Positions 29,244-42,599 of a stretch of DNA of 64,000 nucleotides are shown piece after piece (the first letter of the stretch is position 1; every line of letters starts with the position of its first letter). Both the position numbers and the translations under genes were made by a program. Under the pieces are notes generated by a model, which made no database searches, was not told the DNA's origin, and was given only the letters and a program-made list of their open reading frames with translations. This DNA comes from the human T2T-CHM13v2.0 reference genome, Homo sapiens, in NCBI RefSeq assembly GCF_009914755.1, contig NC_060932.1, one strand, 5' to 3'.

Positions 29244-30437
29244 GGGATCTTCCTGGCCCCTCGGGAAGCTCCTGTGCCTGGCTCTCCTGCAGCAGCTGCC
29301 TGGCTGCTCCTCCATCGGTGCCCTCTCTCTGTGGCAGCTCGCCTCCCTGCACACAGCATGGTCGCTTCCTCTCTCACATCCTGCCGCCTCCAAACTTTCC
29401 TTCCCTCAGCTGGTTCTGGCTGCTAACGCCAAAGGTCTTAAGATATGCCCCAGAAGTCAGGGGAACTTTACTGACCCCCAAGTGGGAAGGACCATGATCA
29501 GCTCCTGCTTGCTGAATTCCTCTCAGTAAGAAAATAAAAAAAAATGTAAGAAAATCAGTGTGCTCGTCATCACTAACATAATCAAAATAATATTTAGGTA
29601 AGCAAGAACAAGCCAGTGACAGAGGTTTACGTACTGAAAGAGCTAAACAAAGAGACTTACAAAGACTGTGAGGAAACCATAAAAGACTGCTACTCAAGGT
29701 GTTCAATAACTGCTTACCAAAAGAAAAAACAATGCAGCAGGACAAGCTGAAATCTGCATTTAAAGTCTTTCCTAGAGCTCCTATTCGATACTACTTCCCC
29801 TTCCTTCTGGCCCCCAGACTTCTAAATCACCTTTGCCCCTCCTTTACTTTTTGTAGTGGCTTCTTTTCTTTTCTGGATAGAAAAAAAAAAAAATCAAAGG
29901 GAAGGTAAAGTGCATTAGAAGACAGAGAACTTAAGGAAGATGACAGAGGACAATCAAGAGTAAGGACAAAGAGCAAGGAGGGCTAAGGAACATAACGCGT
30001 ACCAGTCAAACCGCCAGGCCACTTCTTCCCTGTAATCTGGGCTGCCCAGTCTCAGCTGTACTACAATAATTTCTTCTCGCCACTTCTGATACAATAGCGC
30101 AGTGGAGTTAGTTTTTTTTTTTTTTTTTTTTTAAAGAGTCATATGTAAGCAGAATGAAGAAATACTGTATCCGTTTAGGGAGGCTGCACCACTGGTACAC
30201 ATTTGATTCAAGAGGTGACACAGAAGGGAATAATTCTCAAAGCTGATACCCAAGCTTCTTGCTGGTTAGAGCAATGCAACCAAGTCCCAATGTCCCACAC
30301 TGTGGTCACAATTTTGGCCTGATAATAAGTATAATCTGTATTTATTTACTATGAGAGAGGCAGACTATGAGAGGCAGGATAGCAGAGAAGTGAAGGGCCA
30401 GTATTCATGTCCAAGCTTCACCACTTTTAGCTATGCG

Positions 30438-30513
30438 AGGCTCACTTGAGACCAGGAGTTGGAGACCAGCCTGAACAACGTATCAAGATCCCATCTCTGT
30501 AACAACAACAAAA
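30438..30513 (+). mobile_element. Short Alu monomer fragment
   Basis: cacttgagaccaggagttggagaccagcctgaacaacgtatcaagatcccatctct. Confidence 0.7.
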
Positions 30514-33500
30514 CCCTAAATTCCAGAACCCTTCTCAGATGATACCTTATAGACATTCACTTTCAGTACTTCTCTCTGAATCACAATTCCCATGGTTTCA
30601 ATCATGAGATGTAAGAAAAAACATTACACATCCAGTCTAAGTAACCTTTCAACAAATGACCTAGGAGATTTTCACTCTGAAAGCAGCTTTCTAGAAGTCA
30701 TACAAACTTAAGAAAGTTTCTATCATTACAATATAGCCTTCAATATACAGCATAGCAAAATGCCCTATATAGTAGGTATAGGTGACAAGTTTTTTTGTTA
30801 AAATGGCTATTCCCCCCCTCAAAAGCAATGCCACATATACTAAAATGTATAGTATTATCAGAAAGATCAGAAAGCTTTCAACAGACAATTAAAGTAAGGA
30901 ACTGTTTTACCTAAAGTCATATACACCCAGTTTGAGGATGATTTAACATTATATATATATTATTTGCATCATTTACCTGTGAATATTCTAAAATACATAC
31001 ACGAACAATTGTAACATATGAGGGACAGCACTGGGACATAGGGACCAGAGGGAGGGAGAAGAGGAGCCATTTTCTAGTCTAAGTATAGTAAAATCATTTG
31101 AGCAGACTGTTTATAATTTGCTTGTACCTACTCAAGGTTGGCTTAAAAACCACTCTATTTGTAGACTGAAAATATCATAATTTCCTCTTGAAGTAAGTTA
31201 TTTAAATGCCAAGTGGTTTTCCCTTTTATTATGTAGTGGTATCTTAAACACATTTCCTCAAAATCTGCAACTTTCGGCTTGATGAACATAATTGCTTCCT
31301 TATATTTTTGTGTCTACTGCACATGTCCTCTTCTCAGAGCAACATTCCTGGGCTATGTGCCCCAGTACACACCTCCAACCCACCTTTCCACCACCAAGGG
31401 GAAAGTGGGGTGGAGTCGGGGATGCCTGGCCAAGCCAAGGAAGGATGGCTGCCTCCTGGTAACCTCCAGGAAGTGCCAACATGCAAGGATGCCCTGTCTG
31501 AATCACTGCAAATCACCCATAAAAACAAAAAGGAGACAGACCTGAGACCAAAAGTGGGGGGAGCGAATGTAACACTGACACAGGAAGGGCAGGAGGAGGG
31601 TGGAGGGGGGGCAGACAGCTGCAGTCTTAGAGCAGACACATAAATTTATGCCCTGCATTTTAGTGGGAGAGCCGAATAAATAACAGAACCTCATGAATGA
31701 GGTGCTCTAACCTAGTGGACTGTCTGATATTTCTAATGCTTATGTGAGGAGGCTGGGCTGGCAGCAAGTGTCAGTATTTCACACTGGAACAGGAGGTGGG
31801 GCCAGGTGAGTTCATTTTTCCCCCAACTCAAAATACTGGGCAATGCAGAAGTGACACAAATAAAAACCAGAGAGAGATAGATAAGTTATAAAAACGACTT
31901 TCTTCTAAGTTATATAAATTACTTTTTCTATACAAATGTACATTCTAGTGTATAGTCACTCATAGAGAAATATCTAAAATAAACTCTATGGACAGAGGAA
32001 TTTTTATGCACTTTTGTAGATCGAAGTTAAAAAATTCATTTCCAGTGTAAAGGTAGGAGATGGAAAATACTAAAGAGCAGCACTGAAGGTTCTAAAATTT
32101 CATTTGGTGACCAGCTCTAAATTAATAGTTTCTTATAATTTCTGCACACTCACATGAAATTAAAATTCTTAAGCATCTCACTCTCAATGCTGAAACTGTT
32201 TAACGTAAATCACAAAAACTGAAAATGACACAAGTAAACTCTCAGGCTGTATTTGATGGTAATTACAGTCATTGAGAGCAAACCAGTTTCTACCAGATGT
32301 TGGGGGTTGTGAAAGGACAAGTCTGAAAAAAAAAGTTTCAAATCATCCATTCTTGTTATCTGTAACAACACAATAGCCCTGTTTTCACAGTGACCATACA
32401 TCCTCCCTTACATCCCTTGATATCAGCTTGGATGAGCTAGACGGTAGGGAAGAGTTATAGCCTTACGATTAGTAAGTTTTATCTCTAAAAAGTAACAATA
32501 TTCTGGGAGGGGTGAACAAAGCCAGTTGAATCCTTAGCATAATGACAGAAAGCAAAATAAAATGTTAAACCTCAACACAATTCAAAAATGTACTTTCATG
32601 GAATTCACCAATATAATTTATAAGGTAACAAAGCTGTTGCTCTCAATACAACCTCATACCATTAAAGCTTGTTAATCATCCATAATTTATGTAAACGATA
32701 ATATGCATTTTATCTTTTATCAAGACAGCCTATCTTCCAAACAAGGCTTGTAAAACTGCCAGATGCATTATATACAGAACAAATTCAGTTAAAGAATAAG
32801 GATACTACTGCTGCTGAACTCCAAACATAATAAAGTGATCGAACATCTGATCCTGACTGCTAGCTCCAATAAATGTTCTTAAAGTTAGGCCTTCTCTGAA
32901 ATTCCCCAAGTTAGAAACGACACAGAAAGAGCTACTGAAACCACTTCTCTTATGAATGTCTACTTGAAGAGGACCTGCCTGATAAATCATCTAGCTCTTG
33001 TTATGAGAACAGAAAGACTTAGAGATTTCCGAGGTTCCTTCTGAGCTCTCTTTACGATAGACATATGAAATTGTGTAATATGTAGTCTAACCCTTTACAA
33101 ACTTTTAAAACCAAGAAATGCTCAAGCAATATTAAAAGTATACATAAAACCTCACTTAAATACCCTTCCATTTCTATTTAACTAAACTACAGAAGGATAA
33201 TCTTTTAGAGCCCACTGTTTCTCAGAATCCCACCTCAACAGCTAAAGCTGCATCCACTATTGCTTTATCACAAATGAAAACATTTGCTCATTCTAAACTG
33301 GTAACAGTTTCTCCTTCAAAGTACACTGTGTTCCAAGAGCGATCCCTTTATAAGGATAAAAGCAAAATTTCTGGGCCAGGCTCTGATAAGTCTAAAAAAC
33401 ATAGTATCTAATGCTTCAATAAACAAAATGTGCTTTTTGGATGTAGATGCCTGAGAAAGAAAAGAAAGTAGGCCAAACTTGGGAAGTCAGTAAGATGATA

Positions 33501-35514
33501 CAGAAGACATCCAGTTGCTAGAGGAAGGGAAATACCTCTTTTCAAATAGGGTTAATTGGTCGAAATTACCCAAAGCAGACATTATTTTGGCAAGATCCCA
33601 ACTTCTGGCAACAGTTGAATAAATATTCTATGCAGGAAATATACAGACTACTCAAGGATATAATGTTGATTCATACAAAGAATCATCACACAGACAAATA
33701 AAACAGAAGTAGAACTATGTGGATTTACTAAATGCTGGGATGACAGCGCACAGAAAATCAAACGTTGCTTCCCATTGGCAAACAAGTAATGCATTCAACA
33801 GTGATAGAGGACATGACACAATATTTTTAAAATTTTTACCTAGTAAAATTATGTATTATTTCCTCCCAAGTGTCATTACTCTTTTTTACTAGATCATAAG
33901 GGCTCTTTTAACGTCATCTTTACGTAATACTGTAGTGCTTCTTGGTTTTCATACAGTAAAATTTTAATTTGCCTCACATACTATAGTCTGTATCTACAGA
34001 TTAATGTACAGAATCAAAAAACTGTACATTAATTCATATAGTAACAACAGTTAAGTTACAAAGTTTTAGAGGACTCACTTCAAATAAATCCAGAAAAATC
34101 TAGAATTTGTTTTCAAGTAAGTTCAACTTTACTAGTTTAGAGCAGTTTACTGTACATTTGCCTTTTAAAAATAACAATAAGATAGACACAAACCACTATT
34201 ATTAGGATATGATTTTTCAATACTAAAACACTAGCCATTTATTGTTAGGTAGAGGATTAAAGAAAATAACATATCCTGCAACCACAACTAGTCTCTAGGT
34301 AAACTGGCTTTAGCACCTACCTTCTCTTATGCTGTGTCTTAGTCCAGGAACAGTAATAACAGTATATAAACAAATGTTTAAGCTAAAAATTCCTTCCTCT
34401 CAGTATCGTCTGCTCTTAGATTACTTTTGTATAATGGCCTTAAAGTGGTATATTAGACAGTAACTAGAAGACATATTCCATTTTCTGACTGAAAGCCAAT
34501 AATACTCATGAATTTTTTAGCTGAAAGACACTTCAAGATGCCATTGGGAAGACTGTAATAAACACATTAGGCTGCAAATGGGCAGTAGCAGCTCTTTAAC
34601 ACATGCTGCAATAATCAAATAAATGGCTACATTCATGTTCACTGGTTACACAAATATTTTGCTGCAACATATCCATCATCTGCATCTGTCCTAAAGAAGG
34701 GGAAAACCTCCTTCAAAGTCTTATCTTAGCAGAATTCAGGCCAGAATACATAAGTAGCAGGGAGCTGTTCTAAACTATCATTACCAACATGGGCGAAAAT
34801 GTCTAGTCTGACATCAGTGGCACATGATGGCTTCTACTTTCTAAATTCTCATAGGCCAAGTTCCTTAACATAGCCAGTTACTGGACTGCTTATATATCGA
34901 CGTCAGCTGGTGCGAATATGGCCAGGAATAGCAAGACTAGGTTTTAATGAGGCCTCAGATGAGAAAACATCGCAGGAAGAAGCTGCATTCCTTGCATAAC
35001 GTAAGCATTTTCTCTCCCCTTCAAGCAGAGTGTACTCAGTGTCTTTTTATTATTCTGAAAACCAGTTTTCACCAAAGGCTTAGCATTCTGGAAAGAAGTC
35101 ATCAAATCAAGGACTACAATGTAGCACTTGTGTTTGAGTTTCATAACTTGTCCAGACTAAAATTCAATTATCTTTCTTCATTCTGAAACCCATTTTAAAT
35201 TTTGTTATGAGATTAAAAAATGACTTTCTAATTCCTGAGAAAGTTAACTGGCAAGGTCAAGACAGTCTGTACCTATACAAAGAGTGTTTTTATCATTTGA
35301 GTTGTCAACAGTTCTTAAATAAATGAGAGTTCTCTCTCACAGCATAATATGTTGTTTGGTTTTTTTGCTAACATTTATTGAAGACTTATTATGAGTTAGG
35401 TTACTTAGCACATATTTCCTTGCTTAAAAGCCACAATTTGATATGTATGTATATATACATCTTATAGATTATCTAACCTCTCCGACCTGTTTCCTAACAG
35501 GTCACACAGATCAT

Positions 35515-35740
35515 GGGTGTAATGATAATAACCATCATCCATGGAGTGTTTCTACATTGGTTGGCGTTTTCTACGTACTTTACCTGTATACACTCCTTTA
35601 GTTCCTGTAACAGCCTGATTATCACCATTGTATAGATGAGGAAATTGAGGTACACGAGAAATAAAGTAACTTGAACAAGGCCACACAGGAAGTCTTGGAG
35701 CTCATGAATCCAAACAGTTCCTCAATTCTTAACCACTGTA
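35515..35740 (-). mobile_element. MIR SINE
   Basis: attgtatagatgaggaaattgagg...aagtaacttgaacaaggccacacag. Confidence 0.7.
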
Positions 35741-37182
35741 ATGTGGGCATTAAAGGGTCCTATACTTTGACACTTTCACTGAAGAGAGAAATTTATAAAC
35801 TAGTATGTATTACAGGAAGCACTATATTTTAACTTAGTCAACAGTGACTATGTAATTTGAAAGCACTTTTCTTTTTCTTAAAAACAGTATCACTGTGAAA
35901 TGTAAAACACTTCTTTCTGTTAAACAGTGCATATGTTAGAATCATGTATCCATTTATTCAATATATAACTAATGCTCCAGGCACTGCTGCAGACACTGGA
36001 GAGAAAGTCATGACAAAACAGCTAACAGTCCCTGTCCTCCTGCAGCTCACATTCCAGTGCAGAAAAGATGTCATGCTCAGCTCATGCACAATTATTCCCC
36101 GAAGATAAGCAAATATTTTTGTTATTACTGAATTTATTATGAAGCTATTAAATAAGACACCAACTAGAAATTTTATCTGGCATACCAAGAATGCTCAGTT
36201 TCACTTAAAACAGTAAAAGCCTTTTCTTCTGTTTCAGAAATGGTAATTGGTTAATTTAAAAAGTCAGTTATGAAGGGTAATTGTAAAAATGATACATACT
36301 ACACCTTAATAATTTCCTTTTAATTTTAAACATATAAATGTAACTTTGAGTCTCAGTCTCCACTGGAGTTTCACAGTGTCCTTCTTGCATAAATCATACC
36401 TATACCTATAATTTATCATCTAAATAGTGGGCAATAAAAACAGTGTCTACTCTCCAATTTCTGTTTATTTAAAACAGACCTAGAACTTATAGACACTTAG
36501 ATTTCTTAAAAGTGCTTATAAGGTGCAGATTTGTATGATTTTTTCCCAGTCTATTAGACATGTGTTATGTGTCCTATACACCCATTTGGCAGCAATGTTT
36601 CTTCATTTCACTTTGAGTCTTAGTTTTCACAGAAACAAATGTATCTTTTCAAACTCACACTTGATACGTTACATATATTTAATTAATTTATTATATTACA
36701 TATATATTAATTAAATTATGTCATTATAATAAGAAGTACAACTGGCAAAAACTGTCCAGGAAACAAGAATCTGGCTCTTGGTAGGCATACAATATCATGG
36801 CTAGGCGCAGAGTGCCCCACTCCCTGCCCCGCTCCTCCCTGTCCTCCTGCTCCTCTGTTCCCCTACCCCTCTCCTCTCCTGTCCAGAGTCTCAGTCTCCA
36901 CTGGAGTACTTAAGTTGCCCATCATCCCGAGACTCTCAGACAGCGGCAGCAAGAGGACATGATCTATTAAGGGGGAATGCAGATCACAACAAATATTAGT
37001 GAATACCTATTATGCACCAAGCAAGGTTCTAGTTATTGGAGAATATAGCAATAAACCCAATAGACCAAGTCACTGACTCTTATATTCTAACAGGAAAGTA
37101 GGGAGAGGGTGGGGAATAGTAAAACAAACAAAATATTTACCACATCAGATAGTGATTAGAGGTATAAAGAAAAACAAGGTAG

Positions 37183-37567
<385 letters not shown>

Positions 37568-37689
37568 CTATTTTACATAGGTAGCCAGCAAAGTCCTCTC
37601 AGATGAGTGTTATCTGAGAGCTTTCTAACAGATCTCTAAGATTCATAATATAATTTCTTTAATATACAACCATTAATCATATGAAAAGC

Positions 37690-37930
37690 GGTACAATGTT
37701 GTGGCCTAGATCACATTCTCTGGTGTCAACTCTGGCTGGAAATCCCTAGAACACTACATATTTGACCCGTGGCAAGTTATTTAATTAACCTCTTTGGAGC
37801 TTTGTTTCTTCATTTGTAAAACTGGAGCAATAATACATACCTTTATAGGCTTGCTGAGAGCATGAAATGTTAAGGGCACAGAAGAGCAGCTGGCATATAG
37901 TAAGGGCTTATTTAATAAACATAAACTGTT
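37690..37930 (+). mobile_element. MIR SINE
   Basis: ggcaagttatttaattaacctctttggagctttgtttcttcatttgtaaaactgg. Confidence 0.65.
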
Positions 37931-39644
37931 ATCTGAATTTAATAGACTATAAATGTTTATAAAATAATCTAAATTGATGGTGAATTTGGAAAGAAAAATT
38001 AATTTAAAAAGAAAATTAAAAAATTAAAAATTAATTTAAAACAGAAAAGTTATCAAAATATTAGCAGTTAAATTATTTCAATGGGCATTACGGATGTAAT
38101 TTAATTTTTGTATTTTCCAAATTCCCTTTCATTAACACATCAGACTTTTGTGAGTTTATAATAAGAAGGAAGAGGGAAAGAACAGGAGGGAGAGAGGAAA
38201 GAAAGAAAGAAGAAAAGGAATGAAATAAAGCTGACTGTGCTGCTGGGAAAAACAAACAAACTAAAACCTAGGCAAACCAAACGGAATTTTTAAAGTAACC
38301 TGCTCTTTGGAATATAAACTGTAAGTGTATGAATTGTTTACATGCTTATTTTCAGAAAAAATCTTGCAACAACTGAGGGAAACCTATACTGTACTAAGTG
38401 GCACAAAGACTGCCTACAATGAATGAAATGAGAAATCAAATCTCATTTTACTGGTATTAGCAATGAAATTTCAAGTAAAAATTATTTTCTTTGGTAAACC
38501 AAAGGATAATTCTATAACAATTTCCAACCTACTAAATCTGTATAACTATACTTAAAACTTATGTTTTAATTATTTATATATATATATATATAAAACTATA
38601 CTTAAAACTTAGGGTAAACTTATATTTATCCTAAGTTCTTCTGTATAATATAGACAGATACTTAGATATTTTAGAGTCATTAGCATATCATATGTTCTTT
38701 AACTATATGGACTTCTCATGTTTTTTCTTCTACCAACTCTTTCAGAGCAAGAAATATATCTAAATCACAAGAGCTTTCCAGTAAAGGTTACTAAAATTGC
38801 CCTTCTATCTCAGAAAAATCTGGTCTATCCTTCCAAAGCAGCTCAAAGCATACTCCCTTTACGCAGGCTTCACAGATTCCACCAGGAAGAATTAAAGGTT
38901 CCCTTTTACTTTTTCCAAGCCCATGGTATGTTAAAGTGAAAGTAACACTTTTTTAAATGCCTCCTGATCAGCTGCCTCTTTCCCAGGAGAGGGTCCACGG
39001 TTTTGTTGGCACCCACTGTCACCATGAGACAGCCCTTTGTGGGCTCCAGGCAGGCTCATGCTGCTGCCTCCCACTCGAGTGTCTCTGTCAGGGATGGGCC
39101 TTAAGAAACTCACTCCTTCTTCCCTTTTGTCCACTGTCACTCATTTAACTCCAAACTTTCCTGTGGGTTCTTTACCTCAATCAAACAGAAAAGCACAGTT
39201 TTGCCTCTGCAAAACTTTCAAGCATGTTGCATGAAAAAAGTACAGGACCCAAATTTAATAAAGGCTTGTGGTTTGATAAGAAATAAGGGACACAGTTATA
39301 GGCTGTTTTGGCAGTGTAAATAATGCTTCCTTTCTAGGGTGAGTGTGTAAGAAGTATTCTTCTGAAATACCTTTTTATGCTCTTTTCTCTGTTTTCCACC
39401 ACACTTCTACAGTGGTAAAAAATAACAAGAAGGAAAAATCTAGTTTGGGGGGACCTCTGAATCATTTTCTTACCATACAAATTCCTAAAAACTTACTCTT
39501 CGTCAGATCATTACAATTATTCTGAACACTACTTGCTATGAGGCAATGGTTGACATTAATAATGAAAATGGCAGCTCTAGATTAACAGAAGCTCCCCTGC
39601 TCCAAAAAGATACCAATTTTATCTCATAAAAATAAACCAAATTA

Positions 39645-39934
39645 GGCCGGGTGCAGTGGCTCACACCTGTAATCCCAGCACTATGGGAGGCAGAGTGGGG
39701 TGGATCACCGGAGGTCAGGAGTTTGAGACCAGGCTGGCCAACATGGTGAAACCCCATCTCTACAAAAACACAAAAAAATTAGCCGGGCATGATTGCACGC
39801 ACTTGTAATCCTAGCTACTTGGGAGGCTGAGGCAGGAGAATCACTTGAACCTGGGAGGTGGAGGTCGCAGTGAGCCATTGCACTCCAGCCTGGGCGACAG
39901 AGTGAGACTCCATCTCAAAAAAAAAAAAAAAAAA
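39645..39934 (+). mobile_element. Alu (AluS-like)
   Basis: Dimer with short right-arm deletion, TSD ccaaatta. Confidence 0.94.
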
Positions 39935-41611
39935 GCCAAATTAAGCATTTTTATTTGCAAATAACACATCCCTACAGAATGTTTACTGAGAATTACTAGA
40001 ACTTAGAAAGTCTTTTTTACAAACGGAATTTGAAAATTACCTTGGCACCTAAAAATGTGAATCAAAACCCTTAATTTAACAATTTTTTCTCCCTCAAATG
40101 ATGGATTTTGGTAATCATCAAAACCAGCCATTCTGTAAGATCACGATTTATATTTTAGCTATTTTAAGTTTCAAACTTGAGACACAGGCAAGTAGCTGTC
40201 AGCAAAAGCATAAGCATATTGCTATCATTGGGATTGTACAGTGGAGTCCAATTCTCTGACCTCAGTGTCAGAGACTGGGGGGACCCTCTAGTTTTGGCAG
40301 ACAAACTTTGTGAAGAGCACAGAATAGCCTTGGCAAGCTGCCAGTGGAGGGTTTTCTCCCCTTTATAGCCCCAGATGGAGAATTATTACGCTTTGTGGAA
40401 CTAAATATGTAATTGGATTCAAGAAAGGTAGCTTCTAGTTATCCCTTGAGTAGTTAATAAGGGTGGTCTACAGTAGGCATTAAAAAGATTAAGGAAAATT
40501 CCTTCTATTTTTTATGTTGCTCTCTACCTGTTTCTTTTAAATAGTCCTAAGACGTTTTTCCACTGAGAGAATAAAGAACAATTGTTTATAAAAGCTACAC
40601 CTATGGATAAAGATCTCTAAGATTGCTGCACCCTATTTAGCTATAACTAGCAAGTAATAAGCATGGAATGAAACTTGAAAGAAATTGAGATAATTGCTTG
40701 ACGCCTCAGAGACAGCTAGCTATATTATATTCCTTCTGCCTGATACTAAAATGAAATTGATAATAATCCATCAAGCTGAAATTTAAACCCTGGTTCTAGT
40801 TGGGATAGAATGACGTGGAGAAAACTAAGCTAGCTCTCAGAGACACCACGACACAGTATATACGTGTTCATAGCACAAATATATGATTTCTTTAGTTGGT
40901 ATTTTCTTTCAAGTCAATGTTTCTGAACCAAGAGCAGTGACTATTATATTTAGGGCAAAAATATATTTGAACAATCTAATGTTATATATGGTTAAGTTTC
41001 TAATTAAAACAGGTCTCTTTTGGTATTAAAATACAGCCTAAATTACAGGCTTTTAACTTAAAAATCTATTTGCATTTATTTTCTTCTGATATTGAATTCA
41101 ACTGTACTGATAATTATTGAGTAGCTGCTAAGGGCAAAATGCTTTGCTCTATGGACACTGCAATACAGTCACTGAGTAAATAACAGAATTTGATCTCATG
41201 AAATGCAAGACTTAGGAAGAAGATACAAGTATGGAATTAATTAACATACAAGACAATATACATAAAAAATACAAAGTGCTAACGAAGGAAAAATTACTTC
41301 CTTCATTTGGAAGAGTAGGCAAAGGTTTTATGAATGCCTGAGCTAGGTTTTGAAGAATGGGTATAATTTTCCAAAGTGAAGGGGAGATGGGTGAGCATGT
41401 ATAAGAGAACTTCAGGGCACCAAAGTGGTACAGTTACTAAAGAGTGAGACAATGCTAGAGTTGTTGTGGGGAGCCTGCATGCTGGGATGACCATGGGATC
41501 CGGGGATTTGGGAGTGTGGGTCCTTCCCCTCCTCACTTTCCTCTTTCCCCCAGGTTACTGCCAGGCCCTGGACTGAGTGCTGACTGCATCCTACCTGAGC
41601 CAGCACGACCC

Positions 41612-41772
41612 CAGAACCATGCTTATCAAAGGGTCACCTGAGAACTGTCAGAAATGCACTCTCTGGCTCTGACCAGACCTGCTGAAAGGAGACTTCGGAG
41701 GTGAAGCACAGCATCAGCTTGCCAAGCCTTCCCCATGATTCTGATGCTTGCTGAGATGTAAGAACCGCTGCC
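41612..41772. mobile_element. MER5-type hAT-Charlie MITE
   Basis: tcacctgagaactgtcagaaatgca...ccagacctgctgaa...tgattctgatgc...aagaaccgctg. Confidence 0.65.
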
Positions 41773-42129
41773 CTAAACTTTAGAAAGAAATTGTCTTGCT
41801 CTATGGGTGACCTGAAATCTGACTAACACATAGTGTTATCTTCCTCTCTGAGGGAGAAGGAAAAGAAGAGATAAGGTAGAGTATATTTAATTCATTTAGT
41901 TCATTTATTTACCAGGTATTTAGTTAGGCACTTACTTTGTAGAGTCTGAAAACCTTAACCCCCAGAATAAGGAATAGCTCTTGTCAATTTAATAAACTGT
42001 GAGTACAATGAAAACTTTTGAGCTGAAGATGGTAAAGTCACAGTTACGCTAGAAAGATTAGCATGGTAGCGGTCTAAATGACGTTTCCAGCAGTGTAGGG
42101 AGGAGATACTGGAGACTCATTAATAGGAT

Positions 42130-42410
42130 ACTGCAAAAGGCCACATATTGTATGGCTGCATTTATATGAAATGTCCAAAATAAGCAGATCCGTAGAAACA
42201 GAAAGGAGATTGGTGGCTGCCAAGGGCTGGAGGGAAGGGGAAATGGGGAGTAACTGTTGAGTACAGGGTTTCTTTTGGGGTTGATAAAACTGTTCTGAAA
42301 TTAGATCATGGTGATGGCTGCACAACTTGCAAATAAACTGAATACTCCTGAATTGTACACTTTAAAAAGGCTGAATTTTATGTGAATTATACCTCAAGAA
42401 AGCTATCATA
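42130..42410 (+). mobile_element. L1MB-type 3' end fragment
   Basis: aaaggccacatattgtatg...catttatatgaaatgtcca...gaattgtacactttaaaa. Confidence 0.85.
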
Positions 42411-42599
42411 TGAAACAAAAAGAACAAAACCAACAGGCTTAACCTGGCAACACTGTGCAACAGATAAATAGATAGTTTGCAAGTATTTAGAAAACACACT
42501 GGGGATTACTATGAGCAAGGACTTCTCTAGCAACATTCATCCCAAATGAGTTTTCCTTATTCTTTTTGCTAAAGAGATTAGAGTAAGAATTTTAATTTT

